DNA of 62,933 bases, filler included, from Octopus bimaculoides (lineage: Eukaryota): assembly GCF_001194135.2 (NCBI RefSeq). It is 4 parts of 4 records of this genome, joined end to end, with 100 filler letters (N's around TTAATTAATTAA, not from the genome) between each part and the next. Parts side by side here need not be neighbours in the genome. Positions count along the whole stretch, not along the records: positions 41,067 to 50,062 come from NC_068987.1; positions 50,163 to 62,933 come from NC_068981.1; 2 more parts are not named here. One strand, written 5' to 3'. Every line of letters begins with the position of its first letter. Position 1 is the first letter of the stretch. Shown here one piece after another: positions 41,102-53,536 of the stretch. Under the pieces are notes generated by a model. That model was not told the DNA's origin, made no database searches, and saw nothing but the letters and a program-made list of their open reading frames with translations. Position numbers and translations under genes: made by a program.

Positions 41102-41719
41102 ATAGATATATACACAAATGAATGTGTGTGTATATGCATACCTATACATCAGTGCATGCATACAACTGCATGTAGATGTTTGGATACGTATATATGTTGA
41201 TACATATACATAGATACTCCTATACATGAATGTGCGGGTACACACTCACACACACATATTTGAAGTAATTTTAGCATTGTCAGAGTAAAGTGTGAACAAA
41301 TGCTCTGCATATTTGTGTTTATCTTCATCACAGTCAAAGAGAAATGTTTCCAAATGACAGTGGAATAAATGCACAAGAAATACTACAAAAGACAAGCAAG
41401 ATTAATATAAGATTCTCTCTAAACTAACAATAAAAATGCAAAAATGTAATGCTGACGATTTCCAAATTTGAGGTTATAATACCATTTTTCAATTATCAAA
41501 TTTGAATAGTCTTTTTTACCTTTTTTCTTTTGTGTATACAAGCTATTTGATATCTGTTCATCATAAATAAAATCCTTATAACATTTTCATTATTGAAATA
41601 GTGTCATTCTTATAGATATACTGATCATGTGTATGTATGTGTTTATGTCTCTTGCATGAGGCAGAATAGATTTATTTCCACTGAGACCTGTCCATCACAA
41701 CGAAATTGAGATCTAAAAA

Positions 41720-41975
41720 CCACAGTGGCATGTAAAAAGCATTGGTGTGGGTGCTGGAGCCATGCAAAAGGTACTAGTAATGGTGCCACGTGAAAAAAAA
41801 AATAACCTCCCAGTATAGTCTGTAAGGTCGTTGACAGTAAGAAAGGCATCCAGCTGTGGAAAGCAAGCCAAAACAGCCTGGAGCCTGATGCAACCCCTGC
41901 CCTTGCCAGTTCCTGTCAAACTGTCCAACCCATGCCAACATGGAGAATGGATGTTAAATGTTTTATGATGATGAT
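41720..41975 (+). mobile_element. Repeat family D copy with gccacgt(a/g)aaaa internal repeats
   Basis: Tail homologous to 28270-28420; ends in atgatgatgat. Confidence 0.7.
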
Positions 41976-42329
41976 ATGGCATTTGCAAGTGAAGCATCAT
42001 GGCCAGAGTTAATAGTTTTTACATAATATTCACTGATCACACCATTATCTTTCATTCACTCAAGACAAAAAAAAAAAGGGAAGGAAACCTTTTAAATTGT
42101 TTTATGTATATTAGGAATCCTAAATACTCTGTTTAGGACAATATGTTCCATGCACCTGAAAATGATGACCTCTGGTTTTTAACGCTATAGAAAAGAGCAT
42201 AAAAGGTCCCTTGAGCATTAACATTGATTCAAACCAGGATTTTGCAATGGCATGAAAACTATTTATACTAAGTTTACATATGCGCACACACACATACACA
42301 CATTCAGTTGAGGTGTCTTGAGAGGTACT

Positions 42330-42535
42330 TAGCAACCTCATTGGTGCTGGTGCCACATGATAAACATCCACTACATTCTGTTGATTAAATGGTATTAGGA
42401 AGGGCATCCAGATGTAGAAACTATGCCAAAGTAGGCATAGAATCTGGTGTAACTCTCTGGCTTGACTGGTCTGTTGACCTGCCCAGCCAATGTCAGGAGA
42501 GAAAAGGGGATGTTAAGTGGTGATGATAATGATAC
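42330..42535 (+). mobile_element. Repeat family D, diverged copy
   Basis: ggtgctggtgccacatga...ttaggaagggcatccagatgtagaaactatgcc...gatgttaagtggtgatgat. Confidence 0.65.
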
Positions 42536-42596
42536 ATACATAAAGGTGGGTGGGGGCCATTAAGCCAAATACAAAAATCATATTGGGTCTAGGGTC

Positions 42597-43030
42597 AGTT
42601 GGCTGATATTTGCAGACAACATGGCACTATTTGGCTTATCTCCAGCAGAAGGTGATCTCCAGCATGCAGTGAATGGGTTCACTGCAAAAAAGGGATGAAA
42701 GTTAGCGTTGCAAAGACTTTCAGGAAAGTCTTGTTTTAGTTCAGTCTGCATGTTGAACATAAGTATCTCGACGCTTTATTTTCTTGTGATGGAAAGCAGG
42801 AGGCCGATTTGGATGCTAGAATTACATATGCTGGAACAGTAATGCACCAGATCTAGCTTTCAATCCTTGGAAGAAGATAGGTTGGGAGAAAAAAAAACAA
42901 AAGCAAATCTGCTGTCTTCGGTTTGGATTTCATGCCAATCATCACTTATGATCATAAATGTTGGGAAGTGATCAAAAGGGTACGACTGCGTATACAAGCC
43001 ACAGAAACAGAGGGTGTTCTGAAGAGACTC
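42597..43030 (+). mobile_element. RTE-clade LINE reverse transcriptase relic, cut off by the hAT insertion
   Basis: Translation with frameshifts: WLIFADNMALF...EGDLQHAVNGF...KVSVAKT...YLDALFSCDGKQEADLDARI...VFGLDFMPIITYDHKCWEVIKRVRLRIQATE. Matches RTE RT domains 5-7 (FADD) and thumb. Confidence 0.8.
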
Positions 43031-43035
43031 TAGAG

Positions 43036-45365
43036 CAATGTTTCTCCAACTTTTCATGTCAGATTGCAATATCACCCACCTATCAGCCAAAAAATGCTCC
43101 ACCGCCCACCTGTGTAAAAAAAAACAAAAAAAACCTGACATAACCCCAACGCCCAACACAAAATCCCCTAGGAAAACCTCCCCTTGTATCATTTGACACA
43201 CACTATATCGTAGATTCGTTGCCCTGTTAGTGCCATTTGGACTACATATGCGGTTGTTTACAAATCCCTTATTGTGGGTTTAGTTTTGCCATTAGTGGGA
43301 ATAAAATTCTAACATTAACTCTGTATTATGCAGATGGATTAACTTCTGGAAACTTGCGCTTTCTTTTACATTGATTTTCATTTTCCCCAAATGAGCCATT
43401 GATCAGAACTACCAATGCAAAAATAATTAATGATTGTATTATAAAGGAAAAGAATAAAACATTTTAATGAAATCCATGTAACTGGTGCGATGCAGTTAGT
43501 GCAGATACATTCGGTTCCAAACTTGTTGACTTTAGCCGCAAGTCTACTCTTTGTGTCACATCCATCCAGTCCAATTCTTTTACGGGTAAGTTAAGTTTCA
43601 ACATGGTTAAAACCAGATTCAACCAGGTATGATGTAGGGAAGGTAAGTAAAAGTAATTTCAAATGTTTCCACTGATTAGGGTAGGAATTCAATGTACTCT
43701 GATGGTACCACAAACCTTCTTTGCCATTACGACAATATTGCATTGTGGCGTCATTGTCGTTTTGTAATTCTATCAATTCCTCCTGAACGTCATCCTCGCA
43801 ATTGACTGCATCGACCTCAAATGGACTGCTATACCAATTTGGAATATTCACCACAATAACATCTTGAAATCGCCCCACCATGTTATCATGCAATGATTGT
43901 AAATAGTACTTAAATCCTCATCAACCAATTCATCTTTCAAAGAATCAAGTTGTGGAAATTGATGGAATTGACGTTTTGAAATGTTAGTCTTCCACAACAC
44001 CAATTTCGAAATGAAGGTAGTGATAAATGATTTACAATCAACAAGAGTTTTTCTGTTTCCTTGCAATAACTTATTCATATCATTTAATTTTGTGAATATA
44101 TCACAAAAATATCACACCTTGCAGCCATCAACAAAGCAGATAGTGGAGTATCTTCAAAGAAAGATATGATATGAAACAGTTCAACAAAGCATAAAACAGT
44201 TTCCTTTTGACAGCCACTGCATTTTAGTATGGTATAAGAGTTTAATATGGTCCTCATCATTTTTCTGACAGAGTTGACGGAAAATTCAATCAGACAAGAG
44301 ATTGAACTTCAATTTGTTCACAGTCTTGATAGCTAACTGTAGCGCATCATTCAATCTACTGTTCATATTTTTTCCAACTAAATGCTGCCTATGTGCCAAG
44401 CAATGAACATTTAGTATCTGGTGGGAAATTTCATGCTTTAGGAGAGATGAAAACCCCCTATTTCTTTTATCATTGAAGGAGCTCCATTAGACGCACAGAC
44501 AAGAATATTACTGAGTGGGATAATATGTTCAAAAAGGAAAGACTTGAGAGTGTGAAAAATAGTTGCACCTTTTGAATCAAGCGCTAATTTCTCTGTGAAC
44601 AGCATTTCCTCACAAGGTTGAAGGTTTTCACTGAAATACCGAACATATACCATTATCAAACATTGATTGTCCACAACAGTTGACTCATCCACTTGTATAG
44701 AAAATTCAGAACGCTGGAGAATATTAATGATCTGATGTTTGACGTTGTTTGCCATTTCATCGATGCGTCGAGAAATTGTGTTATAATTAAGTGGGATCTT
44801 CTTCATAATGTTTAATCGGGTTTTTCGTACATTACGGTTTGAAAACCTCTTCGATAACCGGGCGAAGTAATGTTTCTCCAATTGTGTGAGACTTCCCGGA
44901 CTTAGCAACAAGCAATGCAATCAACCTGTCATTCTCCTGTTTACTAGTCTCCTGGAGTAGCGTGTTGAATGTTTGTATTTGTTTTTTGAAAGAGGAGCTT
45001 AGTTGCAAAAATTATGATAGCGGCTTGTCCTTCTTGTCAGAATGCTTTGCATCAAAGTGATACTTCAAGCATGAAGGTTTCATTGCTTCATTGGTCAATG
45101 TGTGATGGCAAAAAAGGCACATTTGTAACTGACAGTTCTGAGAATAGGGAATAAATCCTAACGATAAATAATCATTACTGTACTGTCGACAAATTTTCTT
45201 GACTGGAGGCATCAGTAAAGTGAAAATGTGAAAATGAATTTCTACAGACTGCGTCAGAAAAGCAGTATGGTATTCCCAAAGAGAAGAAGAAGTCAATAGA
45301 ACAGAATCAGATGACATCTTTACTGGAGTAAATACGGATCTAGTTCGTTTGGCTGCCAGCATTTC
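43036..45365 (-). mobile_element. hAT superfamily, Buster/Charlie-type DNA transposon with a fragmented transposase
   Basis: ORF pieces 45012-45362 (BED finger CLFC...HFDAKH), 44438-44920 (NTISRRIDEM, FSIQVDEST), 43848-44078 and 43591-43893 (FPTSYLVESGF). One terminus is CAATGTTTCTCCAACTTTT at 43036, preceded by an 8-bp NNNTANNN site, CTCTAGAG. The other TIR was not found. Confidence 0.92.
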
Positions 45366-45862
45366 AAAAATTAGAGTTTATCGAAAATTTTAGAATTTGG
45401 CACATTAATGTACCTTTCCAAGTTAAATTGCTGAAGTTACTCAACTTTTACCAGAAAATTGTTTTAAAAAAGTTATAGAGGTTTAAAGTTTCACCCAGTC
45501 AAAAAACACGATTTCAAAGCTGTCATTTTGTGCGTGACTGCACATTTTGTCAATACCCTGAAAATTTATATTGATAATGCAATAATGCAATTTCAATATT
45601 CTTCCAAGACCTTCAGAATTATCATTTATTAAAGTAAGGGAGGCAACTGTGGAATATCAAGGGAGAGAAATATGAATCAAATTCATGGGAGATAACTGCA
45701 GTTTACTGGCGCCGAGTTTTATTACTCAATAAATTTTTTTTAACACAGTACACGCGCGCCCACACAGACAGAAAGACAGACACACAAATATACACACAGA
45801 CACGCACACACAAGCATGATCGCACGCGTTTATATATATGTGTGTGTGTGTGTATACATACC

Positions 45863-45902
<40 letters not shown>

Positions 45903-46287
45903 NNNNNNNNNNNNNNNNNNNNNNNNNNNNNNNNNNNNNNNNNNNNNNNNNNNNNNNNNNNNNNNNNNNNNNNNNNNNNNNNNNNNNNNNNNNNNNNNNN
46001 NNNNNNNNNNNNNNNNNNNNNNNNNNNNNNNNNNNNNNNNNNNNNNNNNNNNNNNNNNNNNNNNNNNNNNNNNNNNNNNNNNNNNNNNNNNNNNNNNNNN
46101 NNNNNNNNNNNNNNNNNNNNNNNNNNNNNNNNNNNNNNNNNNNNNNNNNNNNNNNNNNNNNNNNNNNNNNNNNNNNNNNNNNNNNNNNNNNNNNNNNNNN
46201 NNNNNNNNNNNNNNNNNNNNNNNNNNNNNNNNNNNNNNNNNNNNNNNNNNNAACATATACACACACATACATAAACATACGTATATA

Positions 46288-46432
46288 CGACGGGCTTCTT
46301 TCAGTTTCCGCCTACCAAATCCACTCACAAGGCTTTGGTCGAAGACACTTGCCCAAGGTGCTACGCAGTGGGAATGAACCTGGAACCATGTGGTTGGTAA
46401 GCAAGCTACTTACCACACAGCTACTCCTGCGC
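46288..46432 (-). mobile_element. SINE family A, 5' half with a small deletion
   Basis: Reverse complement begins gcgcaggagtagctgtgtggtaagtagcttgcttaccaaccacatggttccagg. Confidence 0.9.
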
Positions 46433-46603
46433 TTATATATACATATATATGTATATTTATATTTATATTCATAATCTAGGTTAGTTGAAATATGTTTGTC
46501 ACATACTTCAACTAACCTAAATTGTGATTATACGTAAACACTGCTTAGCGCATTTGCTCCGATACATACACACACACATACATACACACATACATATATA
46601 CAT

Positions 46604-46634
<31 letters not shown>

Positions 46635-46657
46635 TACATATACACACATATACATAC

Positions 46658-47729
46658 ATACATAGATGCATTCATCTATATGATATATAAAAAATTTCTT
46701 AGAATTTATGAATACATAGATATACACGAAAATTTATAAATATATAAAAATTCATAGACATATAAAAATTTATAAACACATAAAATTCAAAATATAAATA
46801 TATAAAAATATATGTCCATAAATGTACTTGCGAAGTCCGGATGTTCGAATATGAATCAATGAAGAGAAGGATAAAGCGGATGTAAAATGATTCATAAGGA
46901 ATCTGGAACATGTATAAAATCTATGTATAGTATCTTACGACCGTTTCGAAAAGATATAGGCTGCTATGGGCGAGTTGACACCAACCATAGCAATACTCTA
47001 TATTTCTCTCATCAGAGTTACTAGAATCACAAGTTTAAAGCTCTAAAAGAAATGGTGGGTTAAATGACTTATTAAAAATCGAATGTTTGATCGGAACATT
47101 CTCTTCGGGCATTTGATGTTAAAAGGCTAAAATATATTACGACACTATATATAATATAAAGTATATTACGACGCTATATATAATATAAAGTTTTAGAAGA
47201 GTCCATAATATGAAGAAAGGCTAAATTAGAATCCTATAGTTTAATTATTTTTGAAAAATTTAAATGTCGAAAGATATTTGTGTCTACAGGTAATTATAAC
47301 GTCTCATATCTTATTAAGTAAACTATTTTTCTTGGCTCGGATTATGTGGATCACCTCCTTCGTGCATAAATCGCAAATCTTCGTGTGTGTATTATATATT
47401 GTGGAATTAGCTCGCTCATAGCAACCTATATCTTTTTGAAACGGCCGTAAGATTTTATACATAAATTTTATACATGTTCCAGATTCCTTATGAATCACTT
47501 TACATCCGCTTTATCATCCTCTTCATTGATTGAAATTCGAACATTCGGACTTCGCAAGTACATTTATGAACTTACATTTTTATATATTTATATTTATGAA
47601 TTTTTATGTGTTTATAAATGTTTACATGTCTATGAATTTTTAAATATTTATAAATGTTTGTGTATATGTATGTATTTATAAATTCTTAGAAATTTTTTAT
47701 ATATCATATAGATGAATGCATCTATGTAT
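46658..47729. repeat. Long fold-back inverted repeat: ~320-bp arms (46658-46978 and 47407-47729) around a ~430-bp spacer
   Basis: Arms align by eye at roughly 85-90% identity, e.g. cataaatgtacttgcgaagtccg...gattcataaggaatctggaacatgtataaa versus its reverse complement. Confidence 0.93.
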
Positions 47730-49722
47730 TTTTATACCATGGAGAATTTCGTTAATATTGATTGAATGAATATATACATCGACCTTTGAATTTGTTTTCT
47801 CTCCTCCTTAATTTTATATTCCTGAAGCCCTATCAGAGCGCTAATTGGTTGAGCTGTATAAAGTGGATATCTATATCACGTATTTCTTCATTGTTCATTA
47901 TATATATATATATATNNNNNNNNNNNNNNNNNNNNNNNNNNNNNNNNNNNNNNNNNNNNNNNNNNNNNNNNNNNNNNNNNNNNNNNNNNNNNNNNNNNNN
48001 NNNNNNNNNNNNNNNNNNNNNNNNNNNNNNNNNNNNNNNNNNNNNNNNNNNNNNNNNNNNNNNNNNNNNNNNNNNNNNNNNNNNNNNNNNNNNNNNNNNN
48101 NNNNNNNNNNNNNNNNNNNNNNNNNNNNNNNNNNNNNNNNNNNNNNNNNNNNNNNNNNNNNNNNNNNNNNNNNNNNNNNNNNNNNNNNNNNNNNNNNNNN
48201 NNNNNNNNNNNNNNNNNNNNNNNNNNNNNNNNNNNNNNNNNNNNNNNNNNNNNNNNNNNNNNNNNNNNNNNNNNNNNNNNNNNNNNNNNNNNNNNNNNNN
48301 NNNNNNNNNNNNNNNNNNNNNNNNNNNNNNNNNNNNNNNNNNNNNNNNNNNNNNNNNNNNNNNNNNNNNNNNNNNNNNNNNNNNNNNNNNNNNNNNNNNN
48401 NNNNNNNNNNNNNNNNNNATATATATATATATATAAAATCAAAATAAGCAACAAGATATCAAGTAGTGATGCAGTACGACCGTTTCAAGCGGCTCCATTT
48501 AATTGAACAATGCAATAATTACATCAATTTAAATGCTGTGATATCCTCAGCTGCACAAATAAATAAATAGAATTTTAACCAGTTGGACACATTAATATAA
48601 TTTTTCTCAAATACTTTAACAGAGCAAGAAGATGGAAGAAATTCATGTTGTCGCTATTGTAGCTAAGAATAAACTACACTTCCAAGAATCACATGAAGCC
48701 CATTGGGGTCATAGCTTGTAAAGGATTGTAATTCATTTCTAATTTCTTTATCTCTTTATCAACTACTAGATCTAAGACTAGAAGACTGTGTCTGTTTTGA
48801 ATAAAGGGCAAGAATGAGTTGACAGCTCATGGCTATGTATGGTCATAAATATTGTCATATGTATACCTTTTCCTCAGGGCGGAAAGAAGACATTAGGAAT
48901 AGTCAATTGGATACAAAGTAACTGTCTAGAAAAAGAGGCTGGGTAGGGGAAACTTTAAATCATGATGTTAATTACCAGTTAAGGGGGCAAGATGCTAAGA
49001 AACCTAAGATGTTAATACAGAGGAAATTTTACCTTGAGGCACACTATGGGAGATTGTGTATAAACAATATTGTTATGTTGAATAAAAATAAAATTCAAGA
49101 TTTTCAAAAATGATATCATAACCAAAATAGGTAAAATGTGTGTATATATCAATTATAAACAGTAAAAAGGAAAGATTATATAGAATCAGTTTAATATTCG
49201 TTCATGCTCTTAATTAATTACTTATTAGGTAGTTTCTATAAAGACTGCTCAGGGCATTTACTTATGGAATAACTGGAACGATAAACATGTTATTCACATA
49301 TTACTTTTAAGCCATGAATCAGAAAAAAAAAAAAGATATGTACAGATACACACACATATTTCTATATGTGAACACATGCACATATACAAATACACAAATA
49401 TTTATCTGAATGCACAAATATATGAATACACAAATATTTATATGAATATATATGCAACTGGCATAGATTTAAGTAACTGAAAAGTATCTATTTACGAACA
49501 ACAAAAACAGCAATTTATAAGGGATAAGAGGTTCATAGGTTATGCACATATATGCATATATACTCATACATACATATTCATACGTTTATATGGATATAGT
49601 ATAACCATCTCGCATAGACTTAAGTAATTAAAAAATATCTATTTAAGAACAGTCATAATTTATAAGGGATAAGTGGTTAATAGGTAAGTATATCAAAATA
49701 AGAAAACAGAATGATAAGAATG

Positions 49723-49818
<96 letters not shown>

Positions 49819-49820
49819 GA

Positions 49821-49962
49821 AGGAGTGGCTTACCAACCACATAGCTCCAAGTTCAGTCCCACTGTATGGCACCTTGGGCAAGTATCTTATTTTATAGCCT
49901 CAGGCCGAACAAAGCATTGTGAGTGGCGGATTTGGTAGACGGAAACTGAAAGAAGCTTGTCG
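49821..49962 (+). mobile_element. SINE family A, 5' half
   Basis: aggagtggcttaccaaccacat...ggcaccttgggcaag...tttggtagacggaaactgaaagaagc. Confidence 0.85.
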
Positions 49963-50162
49963 TGTCATACTAATATATACTTTTGTTATTTACACCACCT
50001 GTCCTCGTCTGTTGTTATTATTTGTATATTCTCCCATATATATATATATATATATATATATANNNNNNNNNNNNNNNNNNNNNNNNNNNNNNNNNNNNNN
50101 NNNNNNTTAATTAATTAANNNNNNNNNNNNNNNNNNNNNNNNNNNNNNNNNNNNNNNNNNNN

Positions 50163-51343
50163 TGGCCTAGACACCTATCTGAAAAAATCTGAGGATTGGA
50201 TGCTAAAACTTGTCTTAAAACATTAAAGCAAGAAAGCATCTTACTCAGTAACAAAACAGGCAAAGGAATATCTAAGTGAATTCCAATTACAAGAAATTCA
50301 AGAATTAGACGAACTAGAAACACCTGCAGAAAAAGCTAAGCACTTGAAAACCCGTGCTAAAATTGCTGCCTTAGCTATTATGACTGAAAAATGGCATGGA
50401 AAACTTCTCAATGGCAAATACCCAAAGAGAGCGAATAATGCAGATGTTGACAAAGCCCTTACCCATCAAATGCTAATGGCCTATGGCTTCAAATCAGAAA
50501 CAGAGGGGTTTATCATAGCAGCCCAAGATCAATGCCTACCTACAAAGAACTACCAGGCTAACATATTAAAGAAAGGCAGCTCCCCATTATGTCGTATATG
50601 CCAACAAAAAAATGAGACCATCGATCATGTTGTCTCCATGTGTGCTTGCGCCTACAGAGTATTTCAACAGGCATGATAGAGCTGCACAATATATTCACTA
50701 TGTAATATGCAAAAAGCTGGACTTGCCCCATGATAAAAACTGGTGGGAACACAAACCACCCCCAGTACTTGAAAATGATCACATTGCACTCCTCTGGAAC
50801 TTCACCATTCAAACTGACAGAAAGATAGACGCAAATAGGCCAGACATCATACTGAAAGACTTCAGACAAGAATCATGCCTCCTCATTGATATGACTGTTC
50901 CAATCGATATAAACGCATCTGTCAAGACCTACCAAAACCTGAGTAAATATAAAGATCTTGAAATAGAAATTAGCAAAATGTGGAATCTGAAGACGAAAAC
51001 AATACCTATTGTCATAGGTGCCCTGGAAATGACAGCGAAACGGGCTGATTACTACCTAGCTCAGATACCAGGAAACCCCAAAATGGCTGAAGTTCAAAAG
51101 ATAGTGCTCATGGGAACTGCCCATATCCTACGTAAAATACTGTCTATGTGATCTCAAATTTTAAAGCAAACACATAATTTTCTTATGGTTTCTTAAACAT
51201 TCACTAGAACAAAACTGTAGAAATCCAAATATATGTTACCCTAGGCATAACACCTACATGAACTTCTAACTTGTTGTCTCTTGAGGTCTCTGGGTGAGAC
51301 TTGGATCCAACTTGTACAAATGCAAAACAAAAGTCAAACACAA
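50163..51343 (+). mobile_element. RLE-type (R4/Dong-like) non-LTR retrotransposon, 3' part: post-RT linker, CCHC knuckle, PD-(D/E)xK endonuclease, 3' UTR, ending in (AAT)n
   Basis: ORFs 50344-50676 (KSETEGFIIAAQDQCLPT, CRIC-x8-H-x4-C) and 50612-51151 (RHD, WNFTIQTD, NRPDI, IDMTVP, IVIGALE, GTAHILRK) are joined by one frameshift. One in-frame stop upstream; the 5' part is lost at a scaffold join. Confidence 0.95.
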
Positions 51344-51456
<113 letters not shown>

Positions 51457-51480
51457 TAATGATGATGATAATAATAAATA

Positions 51481-52018
51481 CCCTGACGGAATACCAGGCA
51501 GTGGCTCTCATGACTTCCGATCTTAACTGAATTGAAATGTTATTATGTACATTGTTTTGTCTTGGTATAAAATAGAGGCTACAGCAAATATTCTGCTCTG
51601 TACCACAGATTTGATTGTTCGTTGATTCGGCTTAGCCAGTTGAGCATGTCACTTACTTGCTAACGATATATGCATCTCTGATCAAGAGCAGAAGTGCTGG
51701 GGTAACATCATAGCCATGTGTTCGAGGAATTGATTCGGGTTTGAATAATTCAACTATGAAAACATGGGTTTTTCGTTCAACATCCTTAAACAACCCTTTG
51801 AGTGAGATGGGTGACTCGATCAGAAGAAAATTCTAACTGGGCCCCACCTGCAAGGTCACCCGCTGTTTATCTTGATAAGAGATCACCATGTCAGCACAGA
51901 TGGTTGTGATGCTTGTTCCTAGTATACACTGATAAGACAGGTAGTCGTGATGAGTATATTGGGCTTCGTACATAAGTGCCCCAGTGTCACTTTCTTGACC
52001 TGAGTTACTTGTTCACTC
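51481..52018 (+). mobile_element. 538-bp non-coding interspersed element flanked on both sides by (AAT)n; class unknown
   Basis: Complex sequence between (AAT)n 51344-51480 and (AAT)n/(AAC)n 52019-52105; no ORF; ends ...cactc|aataat. Resembles an abundant octopus repeat recalled from memory (unverified). Confidence 0.6.
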
Positions 52019-52071
<53 letters not shown>

Positions 52072-52269
52072 CAACAACAACAACAACAGCAACAACAACA
52101 ATAATATTTTCAAAGGATTGACGTAACCTTTTATGAAGTTAAACAGTCAAGATGGAGAGCACGATTCGATGGTAATAGATATTTTATTGGTTGACCGATA
52201 TGTCGACAGTAAATATGCTGTTGTCAAGTTCAAATTAATGTGATAAAAATTCAAAATTATAGAAATATA

Positions 52270-52880
52270 AATTTTGGAAACTGCTTAAAATGCTCCGATT
52301 ACCACCGGTATCACAATTATTTTCCTCATGCCCCATAACTTTCCTATCTCGTCCCGAACTGGCTGGTATTTCTCAGTCTTTTCTGTTTCATTACATTTCA
52401 CCCGCGAATCGCCTGGTATTGCAACATCTATTATCTTTACTTCTTTTTCCTCTTTATGGATGAGCGCGATATCTGGTCGTCTCGCCTCAATGACTTGGTC
52501 GCACTGCATATTAAAATCCCAGAGTATTTTGTAATGTTCGTTTTCCATTACTCCCTCTGGCTTGTGTTCATACCATTGTTCGACTCTCTCGAGATTTGCT
52601 TCACCGCACGACAGCCAGTGGACATATTTGACCATGTTGTGGTGTCTCCTTTTGTATTGTAGTTGTGCGAGCTTACAGCACTCACTGACAATATGGCTTT
52701 TACTTTCTCCCTTCTCAGAGCACATCCTACACTGTGGCGAGTCAGTACTTTTATCAATGTGATATTTGAAGTAGCTTATTCTGAGAGTTTGTTCTTGAGC
52801 GCTGCACACTAATGCCTCAGTGGGCCCTTTTAAGTATTCTTATTGCAGCCATTGCGAGGTTCTATTCCAATCCATCTCAT
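52270..52880 (-). mobile_element. Second-lineage RLE-type (R4-like) retrotransposon fragment (CCHC + RLE)
   Basis: ORF 52285-52809: AQEQTLR...CRMCSEKGESKSHIVSEC...KRRHH...WDFNMQCD...RRPDI...IDVAIP...VIPVVIGA. Extends upstream to DEMDWNRTSQWLQ*EYLKGPTEAL. Confidence 0.93.
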
Positions 52881-53536
52881 CTTTGAGATGGATTGGAAGC
52901 GAAATCCCACAAAATTTACCACGCAGATCCTTTGTGCACGATTTATACAAGGAGACTAAAATGGCATCAATCCAGTCTTGAGGCACTTTCTCAGTTCTTC
53001 AACAGTGACAAATTAATATATTTAAGAGTTCAAGCATTTTGTCATCCACATATTTCAAGACTTCTGCGCACATTCCATAAGACACGGGATACTAATTGTT
53101 ATTCAGCTTATTCACAGCTAAATAAATGTCATTTAGAGTTGCTCCAAATGATTTTGTTTTTCTATCATCCTCATTCAGCGGATGATGATCTATTCTAAAG
53201 TGCAGAAAAATTTTCTACCCAACGCTTACTTCTCCTAGGTAGATTACCAAACAAGGTTAAAGAGATTCTACCTGCCCACAAGGTAAGCTATCCCATTCCA
53301 GACACCAAACCGACACTCAAACACTCTATAAAGTGATCAAATATAATTCCGGTGACCGACGCGGAGTAGCTAATTCATGCATAAAATAAAAGTGAATTAC
53401 AATGTATAATTTGCAAACATAAATAAAGTTTTAAATATGCTAAATATAAAAAAGTGAAAATATACATATATATATATATATACTATACTTACTTACATAC
53501 ATACACTTTAGTTCACCTAAAAAAGTATGACTTCGC

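Noticed and set aside
45680-45705. atgggagataactg as the second TIR of the Buster element
   Set aside because: Needs a gap and several mismatches, and is not followed by the CTCTAGAG duplication.
48860-48923. Further exon-like motifs (48878-48917; donor at 55980; acceptors at 21787, 39147 and 56179; minus-strand donor near 1625)
   Set aside because: Isolated splice signals at about chance frequency, with no recognisable peptide.
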